Shown here piece by piece: positions 1 to 14,884 of a stretch of DNA of 64,000 bases. The stretch comes from Paramecium tetraurelia (lineage: Eukaryota): NCBI GenBank assembly GCA_000165425.1, contig CT868585.1, forward strand, positions 1 through 64,000, in the 5' to 3' direction. The translations under genes were made by a program, and so were the position numbers. Within the stretch, counting starts at the first letter, position 1. Each line of letters opens with the position of its first letter. Under the pieces are notes generated by a model, which was not told where the DNA came from, did not search any database, and was given only the letters and a program-made list of their open reading frames with translations.

Positions 1-3000
1 CATGAAGTATTAACTAATAAATCTAGCGTTTAATTTATATTAAAAAAATTTTCCTATACTGTCTAACTATTCATATCCAATTAATTATTATAAAAAATCA
101 TGCACTTGTAACTTTACCAAAATAGGACTAACAGTTACAAATTCTGAAGATTCAAAATATATTTGAATATTTTATGGAAATTCAACATTTACGAATTTCA
201 GATATGATTAAAATTGTAAAGTATCCAAAATTTCTAAACATTGACTAGGATTTCCAAAGAAGAATAAAAAGACACTACTGCTAGCTAATCCAATCATCAT
301 ATAAGTACCAAGAGCTTAAAAATTATTGGCAGTTTCCAGCTAATTTTTGTTCAAGATTTTGGGTAATTGTAAATTGATAGTTTAGATTGAGGTATTAACC
401 ATCATTTGGTTTTGGTCTTCTAAATTAGCATCGATTTCGGCAGCTAAGACAATATTTGTTGCTGTAATAGATTCTAAGAATTGAATTTAAATTTCATAGC
501 TAACATCAAGTAGAACAGTCTAATCAATTTCAACTACAGGAATTATAGTAATAGAATATGCGTCTTGTTCAATTGAAGGGATAGATGTTTTAATTTTATC
601 AGTAAAATTTAAAATAGTTTCATTTAACTTAACTTTATTTGAAAAGTATAATTAAATGTATTAAATTTATTAAGTTTGATTAAGGTATTATAATTTTAGA
701 ATAGTGTTAGGAGAACAAATACTAGGTTAATTTGGGTAATTATTACAAAACCAATAAGGTTCAATCTGACATGAGCTAGAACAACCATCACCATCAATTT
801 TGTTCCCATCATCACATTCTTCATTATTGGAATATTTAGCATCAGCACATTAATTTTAGACAACTTCATCCTCATCATCATCGATAATAACTGTTTAATT
901 ATAAACTTCACAGTAATCCTTTTCAATTATATACCCATCTATGCACTCTATGCATGATCCTTAACGACATTTTTGGCATAATTTTTCACACTAAAACATA
1001 CAATTAAAACATCCATCATAAGGAATATCATTTCCATCTTCGCATTCCTCTAATCCATCTACAATATTATCGTCTCCACAAATTGGTTTACAAGAATTGT
1101 TAGATAATTCAAAGTATTTTTCACAAACCAAACAAGTATGTCTATCAGCACAGGATCTGCAATATGGAACGCACTCAAATTTACATTAATAACATCCGTC
1201 TCCAATATCATCATTTCCATCATCGCATTGTTCCATAGAAGATTTAGCTACTTAGCCGTCTCCACAATATTGATAACACCCATAATCTATAAGCTGCCAA
1301 CCATCAAAACACTAATAACATTTATTTTCAACACAATTTAAGCATTCCAATAAGCAACTTTATTAGCATTTGTAGCATCCATCAAATTAGATGTTGTTCT
1401 AGTCGTCACATACTTCTTTTTCTATTACAAGCCCATCATTACAAATTGGAGTACATGCCAATCTATTATATTCCAATACATAATTATCATCACATTATAG
1501 ACATTAATTATAAATACTTTCCTTACAATTTTTTATCTCTGCTATTCTACATTAATTATAAAAATATCCAAATATCCCAAATTCTTTATGGCTGCAAGTT
1601 AGAGGAATTGTTAATTTATATTTAGAATTTTGGTTATTAAAGAGATTATGTTAGTAATGGCCATTCTCAATCAAATTGGTTATTCTGTGATAACAACTTC
1701 TATTTTCTTAATCTTCCTAACTCTCAGAACCATCACAAATATATTTACACAGTCCATATATTAGTTCGTATTTTGGTAAACATTATTTACATTCTCCAAA
1801 TTGGCATTCACTACAATTCAATGGACATGAATATTTGCACAAATGACAACCATCATGCTCTACTTGATTGCCATCATCACACTCCTCATCGCATGTAATA
1901 ATTAAATCTCCACATTTCTTCTTACGAATTGTTTTTTTCTTTTCATTCATCTTATACTAAGAATTACAACTTAAAAATAGCCATGCCAACTAATTTATAT
2001 ATTCATGGCATTCTAATGAATCATACAAATATTAACACTAAATGTGATTTAAAACTTTTTGTGTAATTGGTAGTTTTAAAATAAAATTTTTACTGTAAAC
2101 AGTATTCTCAAGGTCTTAGTAAGATGTTTTCCATTTCAAACAATACCCAAATTAACAGATTAAACAATCTTGTTAACAAGAGTATTTACATTAATGGCAT
2201 CCGTCATATGGATATGTGTTACCATCATCACATTCTTCAAAATAAGTTATGATAGAATCACCACATATCGGTAAACAATTCTTATTTTATTCATAATATT
2301 GCCATCCTAGCTAGCATTCCAAACAAACACTTCTTACACAGTTTGCACAACCTTCAACACAATCATAAATCTCGGCAAAGCACCCATCAAAAGGATAGAT
2401 ATTGTTATCAAAGCAGTCGTTTAAACTTGGTGTAATAAATAATTAAAAATCTCTAATTCCAGCTGCAAATGAATATGCTGAATTATATACTGTAGACGAT
2501 TTCTTCTTTATTTTTACAGTAATTGAATTTTGTTTATGTGGATATTATTGGATATTAATCAGAGCTATGATTAAATATGAATGAATATAATAACTAGTAT
2601 CATAAGATACTTACAGATAACGATTTGAAATAACTACTAACTGATCATCAATTAATATATCAAATTAGTGATATTAATTGAAAGTTATTAGCTTCATTGA
2701 TACGCTAACGGCATTATGAGCTGGTAGCTATATTGTTTTAGTAGAATCGCTAGTCGTTAATTCATAAATTTCATAATCTATTATAAATTATGAAAATACC
2801 TCCTATTGTTCTTTTATAATTTTACATAAGCTAATTATCCTTCAACCATTCTTAATTAAGGTCATCATTATTAAGTAATTTAGTAGTAAAATATTAAATA
2901 TATAATATTTGGTTATAGCACCTGTTCTAGTCACAAGAATCACAACCATCTGGACATCTTTCTGTGAATATTTGAAATTAGGAAATCCCCCATTACCTAN

Positions 3001-3499
3001 NNNNNNNNNNNNNNNNNNNNNNNNNNNNNNNNNNNNNNNNNNNNNNNNNNNNNNNNNNNNNNNNNNNNNNNNNNNNNNNNNNNNNNNNNNNNNNNNNNNN
3101 NGTCCCTTTACGAGGAATAAATATTATCTACATAAACTTTAAAAAGACTTAAATCCCACTAGTCAATTCTATCAATATATTCTCGACTAATGAACCTCAC
3201 AAAACAAAAATTTTATTCTATAGTTTATAATCGTGAGTTGGAAAACAAATAATTATATACTATGAAAACAGCTTATTGCTAAAGCAATTGTAACACTACC
3301 AAGAAATCAAACTTGAAACCAGCAATAATGTTTATGTACAGCTTGAGATGATAGATAGTTCTAAACCCAATCTAAATAAGGATATCCAAATGTCTTACCC
3401 TAAAGTGATGACTTGCTAAAAGAATTTTAATATTACAAGGGTTTCAAACTAGCATTTTGTTATGAGATGCAATAAAACTAGGCTTTTTAAAATATTCAT
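1..3499 (-). CDS. Cys-rich (CGDG/DUF4215-type repeat) surface protein with C-terminal membrane region; 3' end runs off the window; spans the assembly gap
   Basis: Ciliate-code translation gives repeated units such as CGDLIITCDEECDDGNQVEHDGCH and EECDDGNKIDGDGCSSSC, then a hydrophobic segment GTYMMIGLASSSVFLFFFGNP near 310-240. Putative signal peptide MNILKSLVLLHLITKC at 3499; motifs RIDQWD..FKVYVD (~3170-3120) and WGISQFQIFTERCPDGC (~2990-2940) flank the gap. Frame between 3102 and 3499 not fully resolved. Confidence 0.75.
3000..3101. other. Assembly gap (102 N)
   Basis: Run of N bases from 3000 to 3101. Confidence 1.
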
Positions 3500-4553
3500 C
3501 TACTCAAAAGATATTTATGAAATTTTTAATATAACAATATAGAAAATCACAAACCCTAATGAAATATCAAAAATAAAATTAATGCTTTATTTATAAAAAA
3601 ATTTTTAATCATCCTACAAAATTTAACCAAGGGTTATTATCAATAAAGAAGTTAAATTAATTATTGTTGAAAAATATATATAAAAATGCTTAAAGTTATT
3701 AAATTTATCATGCAATTCAATAAATTAAAGAGAAATTATAGAATTATAAACTATTTTCATCTAAATTAATTACGGATAGTGCCAAGTATAATACTCAGTT
3801 CAGATTTAAATATTATAATAAAAAATCAGGATTAGTTTTTATATTAAAATTTGAAATGAAATATAATATATAAATTGTTTCAAGCAATAAGTAAAGATCG
3901 TATCTTTTTAAAAAATTTAGGTAGAAAATAATGTAGGTGTCAATATGATTCTTTTAGCTTCGTTGTAAGTATGTTAGGATAAAAATTAACCCATTTCATA
4001 TCTTTCGATCGCCTTTCGAAAAATTTATCATATTAATTTTTATAATAAATGCAAAATAGAGATTTTCAGAATGAAATTTAAATTTTTTAATACACATGAG
4101 ATGAAGATATTAAAGACCTTTTAATATTTATATACTGAAATTAAACCTTTTATTTTTAAATAGATATTTAATTGTTTTTAATCAATTTATATTATTCCAA
4201 ATATCATTTAAACAGTTTTACTACACTTCATCATCAATAAAAAGTCATTAATTAGTTAGATCCATTTAAGACATCTTTTTCTCAATTTTTCCCTATACTA
4301 ACTATTATTAAAAAGAAATTGAATTCTTATTTAATTAAATTAATTAGTATATATCCATCGAAGATTATTGTTCGGGATGCATAAGGCATTTTGATATTGA
4401 AAAGTAATTGTATGTAATATATAATTAATTTAAATTTACTATTACAAAAAACCATTTCTTTCCTTATATTATAAAAAATTTCCTAGAAAAATGTATTTTT
4501 TCAAATCTATTCAAATTTGTTAATCATATAATTTTATTATTATAATATACAAT

Positions 4554-7500
4554 TCAAACTTCTAATTCAAGACCCTCCTTTCTATTATTATTAGGTAAAA
4601 GTACATTTTAGCTAGTGCCTTGATCCCTTTCAGTAAATTGACTTCTAAATTAATTTATGATAGTAATTACGTTGTTCTTTAGGTTATTTACTAAATTGAG
4701 ATAGTATTAAACAGTTATTGATTGGAGGACTGTTTAGATTTTTGTTAAAATTGCTTATAAGCAGATTTCATTCTTTTAAAGTTATTTATTACCCTTTTCC
4801 TTCTTTCAACATTGAGCTGCAATATTCTTTGACATTACTGGCTCATCCTTAATGAATTAGGTAATAGTTATAGAATCTTTTTCTTAATTACATCAATTTT
4901 GTCCTCCATTTCATTAACATACGAATTTATGATGCAGAGCAATAATTTGGCGATTATAAATATATTGGTAATAAACAAGACAAAAAAGTATATGTTGGAA
5001 ATGCTTTTAAATTCATATTCCATATTAAGTCCTATTCCCAAAATGATCGATGCTCCACAAATCAAGGTAGATTAATAATCCAGCAGATTCAATCTGTAAG
5101 ACTTAAAAGGTTAGTATTTAAGGTTTAATTATTAATAAAATAAAAGAATAAAATAGATAAGGGAACCTTTTAAAATTATTGAGTCTTCATAAAAGATCAG
5201 AAATAAAATAACTAATTCTTTTGTTATAATCTTAATTATCTCCCAGAAATAGGCCTATGGTTTGTACTCATAATAAAGATATCCAAATAAGCTTTTACCT
5301 CTTTTGTAAATGAGCTTATGTCTTTAATTGTACATTCCAAATAATAATCCCAAAGGTATTATAATACCAAATAAAGAGAGGAACGGAGTGCAGAATGTTA
5401 GGACCCATCTTTTGTGCACAAGCGTATCAAATTTATATGCAACATTGGCTTAGATCCAGGAGACCCCTGAAATTTAGCGAATTGATACTAAAGCAATCAG
5501 CGATCCAATTAAGCTGGGCTAAAAGTAAATGTACATATAAATTATAGCCGTCATTACGATAGGCCCTCTATATTTAATTTGATTTAGATATATGAGGATA
5601 GAATAAAATAAAGCTAGGATTAAGAAGTAAATGCATGGAAGTATTAATTACCAAATTAATCTAATATAATGAATATCCAAATAGGATAGATTAACTATAG
5701 AATATTGTATTTTAATACTTAGATAGCAATCCATAGAATGGGAAATCCTTTGTATTGGACTTCCAACTCCATTTAAAAAATAGAAATAGCTGACTGGCAA
5801 ATTTAATTTGAATGAAGTTAAGGAACTTATGATCTATAAATAATTGGTAAAGATCTTGATTAAGTAAGGAGATTCTAGGAAATAATATTGATTTGTTATT
5901 GCCCCTTTAACACTAAGAACAATGGTTATTAATGTCCTTAAATATGATCAAAAATTTACCAAGTACTGAACCCCACAATTTAGAGCAAATTAAATCTAAT
6001 TACATCACAAGATCCACAAGTATATTGTTAAGCATTTGAGAATTTTCCCTGTCCTCTTGTGTTTTAGATATCACACTACTCGCACAATGCTCCGATGTGA
6101 CCTACGTAGCATGAACTATCTCCGTAATCCCACTATCCAATGCAATTCTCTTTTAAGTTATAACATTCTTCAATTTAATTGTTATCAAAGTATGGTCTCC
6201 AAAACCCCTAGATTGAATAGAATAAATTTGATACCTTTCTTAGATTTAATTTGAATGAAGTGACATTTAAGGTAGTTTGCTCGTCCCTTATGTTACACTT
6301 ATTCGAATTAAGTTTTAGTGAATATTGGTCTAACTCTGAAGCACACTCATGGCATGACATATCTGTTAAAGACTTGATTTCTCCTACTCTACATTTATAA
6401 GTGTTAATATTGACGAATAATTTGTAATTAGCGTGGAATGATTTGATAATGAGATTGTTTTCATCATATTGTTTTATTTTTATGCTATCGCAAGTTATTA
6501 CTAATTATAAGTATTATTTATTTGTATTATCACTGTCAAATAGAATAATCAAATCATCTAGATTATAATCATTTGTGGTTGTATTAAAATAGACAGAATT
6601 TTGAGATATGAATGTTTGATTTTAAACATCTTTGAATTCTTATTTTTCCAAATCAAACAACCTAGTTTTTATGACACACTTTGAATTGGTCAAGTTGAAT
6701 TATTTAGAATAATCGTTGTCTAAAGCAACAATCCTAAAGGTTAAGTCCAACGATTATAATTCCTAGGAATCCTAGTTAAATTATTGATAATTCTGAATTG
6801 GAGTACCACTAGGTAAAAAAATTACTTAATTCTCAGTATTCGAATTAGCTAATTATTCATACAATGAGTCATTATTTTTATAAATTGCATAAGAGTTAAA
6901 AATGCTTCGATAGTTATTTAATGTAATTGATAAATGTTCTGGAGCTTAAACAAGATCATTTCCAAAGAAAGATGCATGATTTTCTGAAAAACTAGTCTCG
7001 AATGTTCGAATCTCCTAACTTATACTATTGTCATAATAGATTGCACCAGCAATTTATGCCTAATTTTTTTAGATTTGAGAATCCAATACAAATAAACTAG
7101 ATTCTAGTCCAATAAAATAAATAGTTCCTCCAACTTAATTTGCTTAATTATTTTATAGAATTGAATTTTATATAAGAATATTGGTTTAATTTGAAAATAA
7201 ACATGTTCCGAATTCTGCAGAATTTCCCAAACATTTATAATGAACAATGACTATATCATGTTTAAGTTGTGCTAATATCTATTCTTTAGTTTTTTATAAG
7301 ATTCTTTTTTTTTGATTAAATAATGAGGACGACTTTTCATTATAAATATCGGAGTTTAGATATATGCAACCTACTTAACCGCATTAATTATCTCTTATAT
7401 TCACATTTTTAATTGAAATTTAATAAGTATTGTATTTTTACTTATTCAATTCCAAAAACACAACACCACTTTTCGATAGAGCATTATCGTTGTTGATGAA

Positions 7501-10500
7501 ACTTATGTCCAAAAACATGATAATATCGGAGTCTTTTATCTAAGTTATTGTTACAATGGCTTGCTACTAAATTGTATAGGAATAAAGATATTGATTATAT
7601 AAACAATCCATAACTTAGCTACTAATTATATCAATATCCCTTTAAAAATTATTATTTGGAAGCTCAAATTAACATTACATATTTTAAATTTTTTTAGATT
7701 TCACCTAATTAGGTATTTAACATCCCTCACCTTAGAAGTTATATTATAACAAATTCTTAACTTGCAATGCTTTGATATTTATCATAGTTTCCAAATCTAT
7801 ATTATATATTTATTATAGGTACCATTTCTAGGTTGTATGTATATTAGACTTAATTTTGGCATCGTACCATTAGTGATACTAATTTAATTCAAGATGATAT
7901 TTCCTTAATCAATGCAATAAAGTAATGATTCTCCATGCACATTTGATAAGTTTATATTTGAAAAGTTCATAACAGAATTTTCAGCGTAAAACGAAGTTCT
8001 ATTATATAGATTAATTTAGACAGTTGGATTGATAACCATCTATTAAAAGTAATCATATAAGGCACTGAATTAATCTATTATGTTGACATCTAGAATGTTC
8101 AATTTATTTGATAATGAAGATTTTTAAAAAGATGCGTACAGAACTGTTCCTTTAGAAGATGCACATCTTTATAAAGTGAGATTTTTAAGAGTAAGATTCA
8201 AATAATCTTGATCTGATTTTATATAGAGAAAGCCTCCATAATCCTTGGAAATTATGTTTTAGGCACTAATGTGTTAAAGAAAAATCTAAGAGCTCTGAGA
8301 TGGGATGTCAATAAAAATACAAGCTCCATGCTCTTCATTATTTTTGAATTGAGTTTTTAAATTTTTAAAATCTACATGTATGATTTTTATAATGAGTGCA
8401 TTTATGGAAAATCCCACTCCGCTCTTTCCTGATGAATTTTCAACTTAGCAATTTTAAACAATTACTGTTTCAGCTTAAAGATATGAATTTCCTACCTCAC
8501 TTATTAATGGAAAGATATTCTTTAAATTACTAAGCCTGACAATGTCATCTCTAGGGAAACTAAGAATAATATTTTTTAACAGTAAATCTATGTTATAAAT
8601 TGAATTATTGAAGAATTGAATCTTATTCATGACGATGGATTTTGCAAAGATGTATGCAATAGTGTCTGTTGAGTTAGTTGCAAAGTTTGAATTGAATATG
8701 TTTGATTCCATTTTAATGTCTCCAGAAGGACAATTTATTAAAACTCCTACGGCTGAAAATATGAATAAGTTTTATCCATAGTTATGCAATTAATTTCTTG
8801 TAATCTCTATGTTAATAAGAGTGACTTAAGTCTATAATTTGCTATCAAGATATATTAGTGAGGCACTTTCTTAAGATTTAGATACAATAATAATATTTTC
8901 TTTGATTATGAAGTTTGCTAAGTAATATTTAGATTCAGTCAATAATTAAGAATAACTTTAAAATACAATTAGGGCAGAGTTTATCACATTAAAGTCAATG
9001 ATATAAAAGTGTTCAAAATAAATGCTTTGTACATCTAATAATTTCATAATGCTTTTATAGTGACTAGGGTTAAAATCAGAACAATCATAAAATTAATGCA
9101 ATTAATGTCTTTTCAATTATTGTGCTTGCAACTCTATTATTTCTAATATTTAAATGTTTTTTAACAAAAATTAAATGAATCCATAGCCTCTTTCTATTGT
9201 ACAATATTAAATGCTCACAATTTGCAATTCGATATGAATGACAGAGGAATCAAATTAATCAATCTAAAAATTATTTTGATTATTTAAAGTGATATTTGAA
9301 AGTAGAATATTCTTTATATCTACTGAAGATAAAGCAGAGTGAAACGGTTACAAGTATATTATTTATGAGAGATAATTTGAATTCAAATTTTGTATTTTAA
9401 TTTGATTCATAAAGTAATTTAAATGCGTTTGATTACTCATTTCTTTAGGCATAAAGTTATTGATAATGTAAACAATTCCTACAGTTTTGCATTAATTAAT
9501 ATTTATATTATTGATTAAGACATACTTCTCAAATTACATAAAAATGGAATCTATAAGGGTCATATCACTTACTGTTAGATTTTCAACTTAAGCGATTTCT
9601 GTATTGTTAAAACTTATGAAAGGCTCTGAATTTTACATTTAACCAGAAATTAAAAAGTTTGAAATGTTTAAGAGGTTTATGTCTTTGATTTTTGATGTTA
9701 ATAATGAACTAATATTTAAATTGGCTTATATTTTTATTTGATCAAATTATATAGAAATTGTTTAATTTGATAAGAATTCAAACACATTTACTCTATGAAA
9801 ATTGCAATTCAAGATTTCAAATTTCTTAATATAAATTAATGCATTGGATGATAAGAATGATAGCTGAAAGATGCTTGTTATATTTTCATTCTCAAATATT
9901 AAGTCTTAAATATGAATTTCATTAAAATATATTTAAGAAATTTGCTTGCCTTGAAATATAAGAAAGGATGGTTATTTCTTCACAGAAGGTTAAAAATCTA
10001 TTTTTTCCATTTCTAAATTAATTGGTTAAAATCCTGCAACACTAATTAATTTTAAATTTGTAGATTATTCAATTTCAAATTCAATATTTTCAAATCTTAA
10101 AAATGAAAAATCCAAAAAGTGCAACTCATGATAAACTTTGATTTTTAGAGGCTATTCTAATTTAGAAGAAATTATTAATTAAACATCACTTTTTATAAGA
10201 AAATATTTACATTAGACTAAATACGTTCTTGGAAAACTTTTAAGAGATATAACTTATTTAATTAACTGAACAAGTCTATTCTTGATTGGATGTGATATAA
10301 ATTCTAATTTTTCTAATAAATTTCTTATTCATGATGTCAAATTTTGAATCTATTTCAAGCTAAAATAATGGATATACTTTACATCATCAAAACTAGATTT
10401 TTGGGAGCTAGATTATAGCAAGGAATCAAACCGAATGTTCTTCATTTTGAATTGAATTTATTAATTCTAATCACTAATTAAAGATAATGCTCTATAGTAA

Positions 10501-13500
10501 TCATCATCAGCACAGTATAGATTCATTTCAAAATTAATAACATTCTCGCAACCAATTTAATTTTAACAAGGGATAAATTATCCGAATTCCTAATCATAAT
10601 TTAGATTTTGATTAAATGAGTAGGCCTTAAGGCATTAATAAGAATAGATTTAATTCTTTTAATTTTAAACAAAATTAGAATTTAATGCCAGCATTTCATC
10701 TGACGATCTTTCTCTACAAAATTCACAATAACTAGGACAATCTGAACATTTTTATTGAATTAAACTCAAAAAATGGTGGTAATTATTACTCCCACATTAA
10801 TAACAATAATATTATCCATCTGAGTATTAACAGTTTTGACAGTTTGAATCACAATACTTAATGCATTTTCCATCCAACAACTTAAAGCCAGCCTTACATG
10901 AAGTACATATTAATTAATAATCTTAAGGATTATTGCTCTCATCCTTGGTAAACTAATAGGATAGAATGATTTAAATACAAAATATTTTGAATTGTATTAT
11001 TATTTCAAAAATTAATGGAAAGTTTAAAGGTTGACTTTCCATTAATCATTAAATTCCTTGATAGAATAGTAACAAGTGTTGCAATTCAAAGATTCTAAAC
11101 ACACAGAGCATAATCCAGTAGAATGATTTGAGTAATATCCTTATTTACATTCAATACAAAAAAAAGAAGGCATTGATTATGATGGATTATAACAAAGTCT
11201 ACAATTCGCAATTTATTATGAGCAATCGTCTCCCTAAGTGGCAGGACCACTATAATAATTATTAATCAAACAAATTTATTAATAATCGTAGATAGCACCA
11301 TTATAAAGTAGTTGAGTAAAATAAGACTAAACACAATTTGTATCGTAAAACCTAGGTTCACATTGTTCATAATAAAAATTATATCCATAACCGTTTTCAC
11401 ATTATCCACAAATAGGGAATTCATCATCAATATCATTTTTTGGTTCAAAATTATAATCAAAGGTAGAATAAGCCCAAATATTGGCCCTGGAAACAAGCAT
11501 TACATATTAACAATTTTAAATGACAATTACCCTACAGTTAATACCATCAAATCTGATGGCCATTACTTTTTCATCCCTACATTTTAAGCATCTCATGAAA
11601 TATTATTATGTTATAATATTCTAATCTTCTCTACAATACTCACAATCAAATCCGCATTTTTAACATTTCCCATCCTAGGTCAGTGCATAAAACCTTGAAA
11701 ATATCAATAATTAATTCATACTCATAACATGTCAAGCATCGATACCCAGTTTCAGTATTATGATCTCTTTTGCAAGTTAAGCATTCTTAAGGGCAGAATT
11801 CACATTTCTATGATTAAGCATTGAAGTAATGAGTCTCGATACAATTAAGGCAAATATTTTTAGATTAACAATCAATACAATATGGATCACAGATCTAACA
11901 TTAATTATTTTAAAAAAAATGATTTATTTTGCATTTCATTCTGATTTACTAGCCTAGATGATAATTTTGACTGGCTTGGCAATCATCTTAATGGTCATCA
12001 CAAAAATCAGCAGCTCCTTAAAGAAGCTGTAGTTAAATTAAATCGTCTAAATAATAAACATCTTTATGAATATTTTATCTAACAATTTTAATAAAAGGCA
12101 ATTCTTCTGATTATTAGATGTAATCAAATGTACAAACTGGCTTCAGATACCATGTGGTCGAATAATGATAGCAATCGCCACATAGCAATCTCTCTTTTTT
12201 ATATTCTGGACTAATAATTTAATATACATCATACCACTAAATGCAAAATATTTCATTTTTATGCTTTACTTAGAAATACCCAAAATTGCACAAATTCTGT
12301 GATTTTTCCTAAGAAATTTATAGGTATTCAAATTCTTCAATAGGTTTGCACTTTTGTAGGTTTTAAACAAATGATGTCAGATACTTGCAGTCACAAATAT
12401 TTAATGAAGTTAATTCATAATTGAATTCAATATAACAAGATTTACATTGATAGTTCATTGGTCCAAAGCAACCATTGCAACTAGAATGGCATTCTAAAAT
12501 CAAATATAACTGTACCCAATTCTGATTAATTATTGTCTTCATGATATCCTGTGATAAACTTAAGACGACGAACTTTTGATCTGCTTTTTATATAATTGTC
12601 ATCCTATCTAAGTACATATTGTATTATATTTGAACCAAGTAACTAAGTGTTATAGCCTAATGTTCCTAAATTATAAATAAGATGTTCTTCATTCAGAAAA
12701 ATAAATTGTATTTAAAAAATAGCTCCATTTAAAGGCTTCCTCCCATATTCAATGATTACATAATGCCATTATTAAGTTAATTCATATAAATTATCCTTGC
12801 GTACAATTACAGTATCGTATTGTCTTAAGTTCTCATCGCTATACTAATCTACTAGAAGAGGTATTTTTATGAATTCTGACGAAATTTTGATAATTGTTTC
12901 TTTATTGTTTTCAAAATCGACCTAATTATTTGATTTAATACTTCATAATATAAATCGAGAAGTCTATCTCCCTGCAATTCTTGGAGGAAGTACTTTAATG
13001 AATCAATATGAAACAATGTTTGCCTAAGCTATAAATATTTTCGGTCATATGAATTTAAATAATATTGAAAAGCCTTAATAAGTTATAACGATTAGTACCT
13101 CTTAGTAATCTTATTTAACCCAACATTTAACCAAGTATCGATTATTTACAATTTGATATTGGTAAGATAAAGTTGAGAAATCATCTGATTGAAATTAACT
13201 TGGATCTATTATTGCATTCTCATCATATATCTTGGTGTGTGTGAGCTATTCTTAAAATTGGCATTACGTAAATAAGACTTAAAAAAAATCATCAGAATAT
13301 CCAAATTCATCATATTCTTGTATTGGTGAAAAATACCCTTTAAAAAAGAGTAATTAGTATCCATCAAAAACTTAGTTGTTATAAAACTATTAATCATAGC
13401 CTCCCAAAAGGATGGTTATTTCATCAGTCATAATCTGGCAATCGAATGAGTAGACTTAATATTCAAAATTTGTAAACATTCTTAATTTATGATCGATATC

Positions 13501-13980
13501 TTAATAAACAATTGACGTATAATACCAAGTATTTTGATATTGACTGGCATCAAAATTAAATTTAGCAGATTAATACTCATTTGGACCTACTGCAAACAAG
13601 TATATTTCATGAGTCAGGCTTATTGGTTCATCCTTCATATTGAGAATTATAGCTGCTACATTATCTTGATTTTAATCTTGTATTTTCATGAAAAAAAATC
13701 CATTAAAAATACATTAACCCATAAATGAATATTGTTCATCACAAGGTCGAGTATATTGAGTAAAAGAATCAAAATCCATAATTGCTATGTATTTTGACCA
13801 AAATCCAAACCCTTTTGCATTATTCTCAATTAGGTTAGATTTAAGGTTTATAGTTTTTTATTGCGGCCTTGAATAATCAATTTCAAGCTGGGAATCATCA
13901 TATTGATAAAAGCATGTGAGAGTATTAGATGAGCACAACTATACCCACAAAAGGAAAGCAAGTAAAGTTTATAAAAACAT
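4554..13980 (-). CDS. Giant (~3100 aa) secreted-type membrane protein: signal peptide, furin-like Cys repeats, long Asn/Ile-rich putative beta-helix region, Cys-rich juxtamembrane module, multi-pass C-terminus
   Basis: Starts MFLQTLLAFLLWVQLCSS..GFGFWSKY at 13980. Furin-like repeats such as CHSSCNGCFGPMNYQCKSC (~12490-12430). GFWRPYFDNNQIEECYNLKENCIGQWDYGDSSCYVGHIGALCEQCD (~6210-6070). TM helices ~5960-4930. 26-nt intron near the 3' end; TGA at 4556-4554. Internal frame not checked at every base. Confidence 0.8.
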
Positions 13981-14884
13981 TATTTAAATATTAATGCTTC
14001 TAATTTAATCCATGCTTTAATTAAAGTTTAGAATAAATTTAATTGTTTCATTCAATTTAGTTTAAGTTTGAGCCTTAGTGATAAGTGAAAAAAATATATT
14101 TTTAATTCTAAAACGTATTCAAAAAATATATGGAAAGTTTCAAAGTTGTAAATTAATTCTTCAAGCTTAATCTTTCTAGCCATTTTTATTTACTAAGATC
14201 AAATTTATAATATAAAGAGCATATATAAATTAATATATATTTTATTGATTTGAAAGGTTAAATTAACATTTATCATAATTATTGATCTAAATCTAGAACA
14301 AAAAATAGGGAAATCATTATTTAATTTAATTCACCTTAAATCCATAAGAAGTTGAAATATATCAAATAATTAAATATATATCTACTTTTACCAGAGTCTA
14401 TTTTGGTAATTATCTCTTCATTTATAATAAGGAATTTTTTTTATTTCTTAAACTTATTCTAATATTAAATCTTATCTCAAGCAAAATTTTTAAAGTTCTA
14501 TAAATCAAAAATTTTTTACACCTAATAAAGCTTAATAGAGAACTAAATTAATATTGTATTAAATTTGAAGATCTAGTAGGAATTATTTAATATTGTAATT
14601 ATCAAATTTTAATTCAAGCATATATTGCAAATTATTATGATTGAAATAGTGATACTATTGCCACCATTCTTATTATAATTAAAAAAGCTTGCTTTTAGAT
14701 TTTTAGTAATATATTTTTAATTAAATATTAATAATTAGAAAATATTAATTATATTATAATATTTTATAATAGATTTAATAGGTTCTACTACATATCATCT
14801 AAATTGATCGAGGGTTTTTTAATTTGCAAATGATGATAATAAATCATAAAGTAAGAGGATCAATATTATATATGAAATAGTAGG

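Noticed and set aside
700..2450. Recurring CCATCATC/ACATTC-type motifs as a CRISPR-like or DNA repeat array
   Set aside because: They are the reverse complement of protein-level EECDDGN/DGC repeats; there are no identical direct repeats with spacers.
3500..4553. Retained IES or transposon fragment in AT-rich intervals (also 13981-14884)
   Set aside because: No transposase ORF, terminal inverted repeats or gene-interrupting TA-bounded insert could be demonstrated without comparing germline and somatic assemblies.
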